From Candidatus Hadarchaeota archaeon (lineage in GTDB: Archaea; Hadarchaeota; Hadarchaeia; Hadarchaeales; JAWBSP01), in the NCBI GenBank assembly GCA_964474885.1, contig CAYYWO010000015.1, positions 1 to 15,304 on the forward strand: DNA of 15,304 bases. Direction: 5' to 3'. Both the position numbers and the translations under genes were made by a program. Positions 1 to 6,077 of this stretch are shown piece after piece (position 1 is the stretch's first letter; the number at the start of each line of letters is the position of its first letter). The notes below the pieces were generated by a model. The model ran no database searches. It was not told the DNA's origin and saw only the letters and a list, made by a program, of their open reading frames with translations.

Positions 1-300
1 GTTCTTCCTACCACCTGCAGGGGGACGTTGTCTGCGTAGGCCCCACGCGTGGGGCGTCCAGCGGCAAAGCACCCCCACCTCAAGGGCGTTGGCCCGGTTC
101 GACGAAGGCTGGAAAGCCCAGGCTGGCCAGATCAGGAGGTTGTCCCAGCTCCCCCCAGTACGATCAGGCCAAGGGGGGAATCCCGAAACTCCCATTCCAC
201 CTCTTGGCTTTTTCGTGGTGAGGAAGGGCCACAGGGAGAGAAGGCGGGGCAGAACGAGGGACAGATAGTACCCCAGCACTGCAGCCTCCTGGGCCCTCAA
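1..300 (-). CDS. Partial hypothetical protein, possibly membrane-associated or degenerate; runs off the left edge
   Basis: Manual translation from TTG at 300 gives 100 codons without a stop (MRAQEAAVLGYYLSLVLPRLLSLWPFLTTKK...). The TTG overlaps the upstream ORF's TGA (TTGA) and the N-terminus is hydrophobic. No family recognised, and a stop-free frame is plausible by chance in GC-rich DNA. Confidence 0.3.
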   Translation of the reverse strand, partial: MRAQEAAVLGYYLSLVLPRLLSLWPFLTTKKPRGGMGVSGFPPWPDRTGGSWDNLLIWPAWAFQPSSNRANALEVGVLCRWTPHAWGLRRQRPPAGGRKN

Positions 301-422
301 GTTTCTAGGGGGTATCCGTTTCTGATGTGGTAGTCCTTTCCGCATTTCAGGCAAACGGGTTCTCTCCCCTTCTGTTTCAGCTCCCCTCGGCAGGCAGGGC
401 GAGTTTTCAGGAGCCTGTCCAT
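297..422 (-). pseudogene. Trm112-like small zinc-ribbon protein, probably decayed
   Basis: From ATG 422: MDRLLKTRPACRGELKQKGREPVCLKCGKDYHIRNGYPLET. This resembles the Trm112 pattern LxCPxCxGxL...LxCxxCxxxYxIxxGIP, but the first Cys is Arg (RPAC). Confidence 0.5.
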
Positions 423-811
423 TTCATACCCCACTTGAAATCGGTGGCTAAGAAAACCCTCCAGCCCTTGCGGGGGTTTGGAAGCATCCAAATCAGCTGA
501 AAACAACTTTTTTACAATACCATAGCAAACCAGATGAGGGAAGTATCGGCATCACTCCTGCAGGCACGCCCCCCTTGAGCCGAAGTTTTTTGCCTCGCTC
601 CTCCCGGTCGGTTTGAACTGGGCGAGAGTGAAGTCTGGTTCCTGACCTGTCATTCAACCCCCTGAATGGGGAAAGTATAACACATGGCGCTGCTTTACTT
701 GCCGGTACGAACAATTCGTTGTGCATCCTAGCTTGAATCCAAACTGTTCGCCATTCCTTTGGCTCTCTGTTATCCCAGTCTGAACCTAAATCGTCCGTCT
801 GTTATTATTTA

Positions 812-1087
812 AGCCAACTTATTTGTTACAAACACTTCGCCAGGAATATTTATTTGTTACGAATACTTTGCAGGTGTGCTTATCTGTAAACACTTTATAG
901 CCAAAATATCAACTGACAAACAGACAAAACTTGTTCAATCCAAGGGCTGGGCCCATATAACAGCCAAAGCCACCTATGAGAGTATCCGCATGTAACAGGT
1001 AGCCAAAGTCAAACTGTTTACAAACACTTCAGATGATTTTTATATCTAGAAGCACTTCACGGAAGGTGTTTATTTGTTAAACACTTC
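812..1087. repeat. Degenerate direct repeats, consensus about TTATTTGTTACAAACACTTC, in two clusters of three with 27-31 bp period
   Basis: Copies: 819-838 ttatttgttacaaacacttc; 850-869 ttatttgttacgaatacttt; 880-896 ttatctgtaaacacttt; 1015-1030 tgtttacaaacacttc; 1040-1058 ttatatctagaagcacttc; 1070-1087 ttatttgttaaacacttc. AGCCAA precedes each cluster (812, 1001). Confidence 0.75.
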
Positions 1088-1588
1088 TCTCAACATGACC
1101 TCCTTTGGCACAAATCACTAAGTAACAGGCTATACCAACTCTGTCTCGGATCCTTTATTTCTTCTTTTTCGGTCCCCATTTTCGCTTTGAAGACTGGGTA
1201 CATGAAACGCAGAAGCCAGCTCTTCTTTAAAAATCCGGCCTAACTGAACTCAATGTTGGGGAGTGAGAAGTTAAAGGGATCTTAGACTTTATCCTTACTT
1301 GGAGGGAATAACCCTGAGGCTTTCAATCCAGTATCTCACGGTTACAGTTGTCAAATTCTCAACGACCCCAAGAACCATGCTCCTTTCCTTCACATTCCCT
1401 TCATTCCCTCCATAAATTATCGCCAGTGAACCGACCTAATTTGTTACCTGCTCCTGTGAAAAAGTGAAAAACATACGGATGGGAAGAAACTTAAAACATT
1501 AACCATCAAGCTTTACTCATAGTTATCACAATGGTTTACTTTGATAGCATCTCCCAAAGCCACTCGACGCTGAGATCGCCTATCCCAA

Positions 1589-1604
1589 CGAAATGAATTA
1601 AAAA
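1589..1604 (+). promoter_or_regulatory. Candidate BRE/TATA promoter for the ParB-like gene
   Basis: cgaaatgaaTTAAAAA about 24 nt upstream of ATG 1622. A second candidate, gaagaaacTTAAAA, lies at 1483-1496. Confidence 0.35.
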
Positions 1605-1621
1605 GAAACGCAAACAATTGA

Positions 1622-2743
1622 ATGGAGAGGAGGATTAGAGAAGTTTTATCTTTGTGCACAGTTTCTCCCGAGAACCTATATCTAGACCCTAATAACCCGC
1701 GGTTCTTTGAACTCGGGATTAGACGAAGACGTGTTCCAGAGGAGCGTATCGTCGAAGACGGTGTGCAGGAATCTACCCTTGAAGCTCTGATTAGACACTT
1801 CGACGTGAGGTCCCTGCGAGACTCGATTTTACAAGCAGGATTTCTTCCTGTTGACAAGATAGTAGCCAGACCCCTGACTCAAAAGAACAAGTACGTAGTC
1901 GTTGAAGGGAACCGGCGCCTTGCAGCAATCAAATGGATATTGAGGGACTGCAAAAGCGGAGAGCTCACCTTATCCGACGATGACCTCAAACGCCTAGGTC
2001 TCAAAGAACTAGAAGTTTACGTCATGCAGGTTCCTGAGCGCGAAATTGAAGCTTTTCGCTTGATGCTACAGGGCATAAGACACGTATCGGGCGTGAAGGG
2101 GTGGAAAGCTTATGCTAGAGCCCAAGCTGTTGTTAGCATGCTGAATATGGGGCTTACGCCTCAAGCAGTAGGGGAGGCATTAGGTGGTCTTCGACCATCT
2201 GAAGTTATCAGATATAAACGAGCTTACTATGCGTACAAGCAGATGACCGAGGATGAACAATACGGTCGGGTGGCCTCCGATAATCCAGAATGGCTCTCCT
2301 ACTTCGACGAAGCTGTTAAAAGCGAGTACTTGCGTAATTGGCTGGGGTGGAACGACAACGAACTCAAATTTACCAATGAGGAAAACCTTCGCATGTTTTA
2401 TCGATGGATTGTTCCACCAGAGGAAGGCGGGGAGGGTAAAATCACTGGGATGAGGGATGTTCGCAAGCTTCCGAGAATACTAGCACATCCACGCGTAAGC
2501 CAATTCTTTATCAACGATCCTGATGTAACAGTAGACATCGCAATGGGTAGGTTGGAGGCTATCGAGCTTCGCGTAGATTGGAGAGTTGACCTTCACAGAG
2601 CACTAGAAATTCTGGAACGGCATGTAAGCCTGCCGTTTGAGAAATCTGATGCAGAACTTTTAGAAAGCTTGATACAAGTGGCGAAACAACGATTAAAAGA
2701 AATCCGACGGATCATTAAGAAAACGCGGGAAAGAAGCAAGTAG
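1622..2743 (+). CDS. ParB/Sulfiredoxin-fold N-terminal domain protein with central HTH-like segment
   Basis: 373 aa. LYLDPNNPRF, LRDSILQAGF and YVVVEGNRRLAAIK (ParB/Srx GxxR motif, nt 1904-1918), then RHVSGVKGW and HTH-like LTPQAVGEALGGLRPSEVIRY. Confidence 0.8.
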   Translation: MERRIREVLSLCTVSPENLYLDPNNPRFFELGIRRRRVPEERIVEDGVQESTLEALIRHFDVRSLRDSILQAGFLPVDKIVARPLTQKNKYVVVEGNRRLAAIKWILRDCKSGELTLSDDDLKRLGLKELEVYVMQVPEREIEAFRLMLQGIRHVSGVKGWKAYARAQAVVSMLNMGLTPQAVGEALGGLRPSEVIRYKRAYYAYKQMTEDEQYGRVASDNPEWLSYFDEAVKSEYLRNWLGWNDNELKFTNEENLRMFYRWIVPPEEGGEGKITGMRDVRKLPRILAHPRVSQFFINDPDVTVDIAMGRLEAIELRVDWRVDLHRALEILERHVSLPFEKSDAELLESLIQVAKQRLKEIRRIIKKTRERSK

Positions 2744-2746
2744 ATC

Positions 2747-3559
2747 TTGAAAAGGCTTCCCAAGCCGAAAGAGATAGCTCACGATATTATTGACTGGTTT
2801 GATCCGAATAGCTCTCCGAGACCGTTGAGTGAATGTATAGAGGAATCTCTCAGGAAATCTTCCAAGAAATCGTCGCTAAGCCTACACGACGACGAGTTGA
2901 TCGTATATGCCGATGAGGTAAAAGAAGACGTAAGATACCATATTGACCGGTACATAAAGCGATGCATGGAAAAACATGTGGAACCCAAGCTAAAATGGAG
3001 TCAAAGTGATCCGGATAGGCTTATAGGACGTTGCTATATCCTTAAGAGCGACTCACCTGACATTGTAGACAAGAAAAAACGACTACGTTACTTTGAGCAA
3101 ATACGAGGGGTGCTTTGTAACGAGTTAACAGACGATGAGTTTCGAAAGCTATGTGCTCTCTGGATAAAGTACGAATTTCAATGCAAGAAAGTGCAAATTA
3201 CGGATCGTCCGTATGATAAGGGAGTGGATATAATCGGAATATCAGGAAATGTTAGTGTGCTGAGCCAGGTAAAACATATTCGCTGCCCAAATAAACAAGT
3301 GCCTACAAACGAGATATGGGCCTTTATAGGAAAACTATCCTCATTATGGAGAGGAATCGAAAAAAGAAGAGCATGTTTCTTTACCTCTTCTAGGTTTGGG
3401 CTTTCAAAAGATATTTTGGGCACAGGCTTGGAGCTCATAGACGGGGACATGTTAGCACAATTCATTGTGAACCACAAACTCGGTTTTGTCACAAATGCAA
3501 ACGGGGAAGTCCACTTTTCTCCTGAGAAGCTTAGGCAGGATCTTAAGACAAAGATTTAA
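2747..3559 (+). CDS. Mrr-like restriction endonuclease (Mrr_cat domain) with unrecognised N-terminal region
   Basis: 270 aa, TTG start 3 nt after the ParB-like stop. TDRPYDKGVDII...SQVKH (DxGxD...QxK), FFTSSRF and LELIDGDMLAQFIVNHKLG match the Mrr catalytic domain. Confidence 0.8.
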   Translation: MKRLPKPKEIAHDIIDWFDPNSSPRPLSECIEESLRKSSKKSSLSLHDDELIVYADEVKEDVRYHIDRYIKRCMEKHVEPKLKWSQSDPDRLIGRCYILKSDSPDIVDKKKRLRYFEQIRGVLCNELTDDEFRKLCALWIKYEFQCKKVQITDRPYDKGVDIIGISGNVSVLSQVKHIRCPNKQVPTNEIWAFIGKLSSLWRGIEKRRACFFTSSRFGLSKDILGTGLELIDGDMLAQFIVNHKLGFVTNANGEVHFSPEKLRQDLKTKI

Positions 3560-3587
3560 ATCAAAGGAATAATATCATGAATATTAT
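3553..3587 (+). promoter_or_regulatory. Internal TATA box plus candidate operator inverted repeat upstream of the RHH-MTase genes
   Basis: TTTAAA at 3555-3560 lies within the palindrome GATTTAAATC (3553-3562). ATAATAT-catga-ATATTAT spans 3569-3587 and reaches ATG 3586. Confidence 0.5.
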
Positions 3588-3759
3588 GCCTATGATTTAC
3601 CTTTCGAGAAAAGCTGCCCAGCTGTTAGAGAAACTCGTCAGTCGTCTTGAGAAAAGAGCCAGGGCTTCTGTTCGAATCGTGAAGTCAGATGTGCTATACG
3701 AGGCCCTTAAGTATTACTCCCAGAAGCTAGAAGGTGAAGAGCATGAGGACATGGCATAG
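3577..3759 (+). CDS. Small ribbon-helix-helix-like DNA-binding protein (putative regulator); start may be ATG 3586
   Basis: MPMIYLS (strand), RKAAQLLEKLVSRLE (helix), KSDVLYEALKYY (helix). Fills the gap between nuclease and MTase and overlaps the MTase start. Confidence 0.6.
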   Translation: MNIMPMIYLSRKAAQLLEKLVSRLEKRARASVRIVKSDVLYEALKYYSQKLEGEEHEDMA

Positions 3760-4666
3760 GATCATTTTTGGTGACTGCAGGGATATGCGAGAGATCCCAT
3801 CCGGCTCAGTACACCTAGTTGTGACATCTCCTCCCTACTACAATGCACCCTTCGACTATCCTGGACTATTCAAGAGCTATGATGAGTACTTAGCTCTAAT
3901 CCGAGCCACCGCCAGAGAGCTCAAGAGAGTGCTGGCCAAAGGAAGAATAGCCTGCTTCGTAACCCAAGATGTAAGAATAGAGGGCAAGCTTTACCCAGTC
4001 CCAGCAGACATCGTCAGGATCATGTGCGAAGAGGGCTTCATTTATCGTGATAGGATCGTCTGGAAAAAGCCTGAGGGTTATGTCAGGATAAGCAGGCGCT
4101 CTGGTGTCCTAATTCAGCATAGGCTTCCTATGTATTTCTATCCAGACAATATCTACGAAGAAATCCTGATTCTGCAAAACGGGGAGTTCGACTACGACTA
4201 CGTGAAGGAATTGAAACCGGAAATTCGCGATAAGTCAAGGATCGATATCAACCGTTTCCAAGGGGAGAAGTGGTACTTATCTATCTGGGAAATCACGAAT
4301 GTTCTACCGCTCGGAGGAAGGTTAGAGGAGGGTATAGCAGCCTTTCCCGATGAGATTCCCAGACGCCTAATACGGTTATTCTCCTTCGTTGGCGAGACGG
4401 TGCTGGACCCGTTCTTGGGCTCTGGAACTACTACAAAGGTAGCGAGGGAACTCGGCCGTAACAGTTATGGCTATGAGATAGACCTAGAACTAAAAGATAC
4501 AATCCTTCGAAAGATAAACTATCAGCAGAGAACCCTCACCGAGGACAAAATCGATGTAATTATCAGGGAGGATGCAAAAAGACTCAGAACATTCCTCCAA
4601 GAAAGGGTCCACAAACAAAGATCGGTGACAGAAAAAAAGAAGAACAGCGGTAGTCGGGGAAGTTAG
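3743..4666 (+). CDS. Site-specific DNA methyltransferase, N4-cytosine/N6-adenine family, beta class
   Basis: IIFGDCRDM, VHLVVTSPPYY (motif IV), AAFPDEIPRRLIRLFS, VLDPFLGSGTT (motif I after motif IV, so beta order), YGYEID. ATG 3743 follows the SD-like AGGTGA (3732-3737); the track start is GTG 3734. Confidence 0.93.
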   Translation: MRTWHRIIFGDCRDMREIPSGSVHLVVTSPPYYNAPFDYPGLFKSYDEYLALIRATARELKRVLAKGRIACFVTQDVRIEGKLYPVPADIVRIMCEEGFIYRDRIVWKKPEGYVRISRRSGVLIQHRLPMYFYPDNIYEEILILQNGEFDYDYVKELKPEIRDKSRIDINRFQGEKWYLSIWEITNVLPLGGRLEEGIAAFPDEIPRRLIRLFSFVGETVLDPFLGSGTTTKVARELGRNSYGYEIDLELKDTILRKINYQQRTLTEDKIDVIIREDAKRLRTFLQERVHKQRSVTEKKKNSGSRGS

Positions 4667-4849
4667 AACATCTACAGAGAGACTGTTTTTGCCCATTCTG
4701 ACCAAGTTGTGAGACTAGTTTACTAAAGTTTTCTGAACCTTGCACAACAAGACGCGCAAAAAAAGAAACTCACAAGTTAGGACGCTTTTCTGCATTAAAA
4801 TCCTGACCAAAAACCTTTTTTTCCAAAAATTTCTGTTCCAAATTCGAAC

Positions 4850-5788
4850 ATGAGGATTAACGTCCTAATTACTTGCTTTTCAAGTTCAATGAGTTTGATG
4901 CCTTGGAAGACTGTTACCTACCAACTCTCAACCTCACAGAAAACGAGGCTTCTCACCTTGCTTGAAAGCATAGGTATCCAACATCTTGAGCCCAGTATGA
5001 GGCAAAGCTTGTTATATCCTCTTTCGGATGGGTTGCTTAAAGATAAGGAATTCTTATCCAGATATTTCTTACTCACAGCTGCGTTGGATCAACAAGCTGA
5101 ATCTGAAAGCGCCAGAAAAACCGTGATTCAAATTTATAGCCGATATGGGGCTGATTTCTTTATGAATCCGGATAAGTACGCAGATAAATTACACCCAATC
5201 TTAAGCTTGGTTAAACAGCATTATAAACCAAAAGTACGGGTTTTGAGACTGACGGCTAACGGCGCCAGCCTACTCAGGGTTGGAGGATTTTTGCTCACTC
5301 TAATTAATGTTGAGCAGGAATACGGCGGACTAATACAATTCTTCTCACATAGTGAGTCACCAAGCAATCTACTAACACTAATCGAAAATGATCCACTAAT
5401 AGGGGGACTTTTGTACGAGAAGGCAGCTAGAATGTACACTGGTTGGATCTCTCACCCAAATCTGTGGATAAACATCTCTAACGGTGAGTGGAAGGTTTCA
5501 GATATACCAATGGTGGTTGATGGACATGTATGCAAGGTTTTAGCCCGAGCTGGATTCTTGACACGCGTGTCAGTTGAGGATCTCAGAAAATACGTCGTAA
5601 AAGCAAGGGAGGAAAGGGAAAATATAGAAAGGGAGGTATCCCGAATACTCCCCAACGGAGATCGCTTTATGATCGATTTTGGAGCATTTTATATAGGGCT
5701 TAATTACTGTCATGAAGAACAGCCGAAGTGTGACAGTTGTCCAATAAAAGAAATATGTCGGAAGAACAGGATGTTTAGAGCCTACTAG
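4850..5788 (+). CDS. HhH-GPD superfamily (endonuclease III-like) DNA glycosylase/lyase with [4Fe-4S] cluster; true start possibly ATG 4889 or 4898
   Basis: C-terminal CHEEQPKCDSCPIKEIC (CX6CX2CX5C), IPMVVDGHVCKVLARAGFL (catalytic Asp, compare VDTHV), degenerate HhH PLIGGLLYEKAARM and N-terminal LLTAALDQQ. Confidence 0.8.
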   Translation: MRINVLITCFSSSMSLMPWKTVTYQLSTSQKTRLLTLLESIGIQHLEPSMRQSLLYPLSDGLLKDKEFLSRYFLLTAALDQQAESESARKTVIQIYSRYGADFFMNPDKYADKLHPILSLVKQHYKPKVRVLRLTANGASLLRVGGFLLTLINVEQEYGGLIQFFSHSESPSNLLTLIENDPLIGGLLYEKAARMYTGWISHPNLWINISNGEWKVSDIPMVVDGHVCKVLARAGFLTRVSVEDLRKYVVKAREERENIEREVSRILPNGDRFMIDFGAFYIGLNYCHEEQPKCDSCPIKEICRKNRMFRAY

Positions 5789-5809
5789 GTTGGAAGAATC
5801 CACACGCAG

Positions 5810-5816
5810 TTTTTTT
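5810..5816 (+). terminator. Oligo-T archaeal terminator candidate
   Basis: T7 run starting 22 nt after the glycosylase stop codon. Confidence 0.45.
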
Positions 5817-6044
5817 GGTTACCCGTCACTTCATTTTGACTGTCCTTATTTTAACCGGCCCTAAAGTCGAGCAGCGTCGATGTAAGGTCTCAGTACCGGA
5901 AGCCATAGTGGTAAAGCTCTCGAGATGAACCTCATCCTTGTCTGAAGTGTGGTCAGAAGTATACTGACCATCCTCCAAGATTTCAACACATCGCTCTGGT
6001 CTCTCCAAGTAAGAGCATCTTGGTGTGTGTTGCCGAAAATTCAC

Positions 6045-6058
6045 CGCAAATTTAAATA
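6045..6058 (+). promoter_or_regulatory. BRE/TATA promoter of the dys-cdc48-PRC-barrel cluster
   Basis: cgcaaaTTTAAATA with TATA at 6051-6058, 27 nt upstream of GTG 6078, consistent with a leaderless transcript. Confidence 0.55.
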
Positions 6059-6077
6059 CCACCAAAACACCTATCGA

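Larger units (their letters stand above)
730..6050. mobile_element. AT-richer, probably horizontally acquired defence/DNA-modification island (boundaries approximate)
   Basis: GC counted by hand: 19/60 (841-900), 27/60 (3001-3060), 22/60 (5161-5220) versus 43/60 at both 7381-7440 and 8281-8340. Cargo is R-M-like. No integrase, transposase, tRNA or att repeat seen. Confidence 0.55.

Noticed and set aside
40-55. Perfect 16-bp palindrome GCCCCACGCGTGGGGC
   Set aside because: Single copy in GC-rich DNA; one palindrome of this length in 15 kb is not improbable, and there is no supporting context.
590-640. Possible hairpin or tRNA-like RNA
   Set aside because: Only an imperfect stem with G-U pairs; no cloverleaf, T-loop GTTCRA or acceptor stem.
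49-726. Track ORFs 49-333 (+) and 493-726 (-)
   Set aside because: No recognisable motifs or convincing start signals; likely spurious.
812-1087. Repeat region as a CRISPR array
   Set aside because: Inter-repeat gaps are only about 10 nt and partly similar to each other, the repeats are degenerate, and no cas genes are present.
1090-1420. Short minus-strand reading frames with SD-like motifs, and a CTTTCAATCC resembling an archaeal CRISPR repeat end (1320-1329)
   Set aside because: The frames are under 50 codons with no recognisable family, and the 10-mer occurs once.
1622-2743. ParABS plasmid partition system
   Set aside because: No ParA or Rep gene in the window, and the context is nuclease plus methyltransferase.
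5949-6077. 43-aa N-terminal extension of the DHS in the ORF track
   Set aside because: It lies in AT-richer DNA and contains the likely TATA box; GTG 6078 is the better start.
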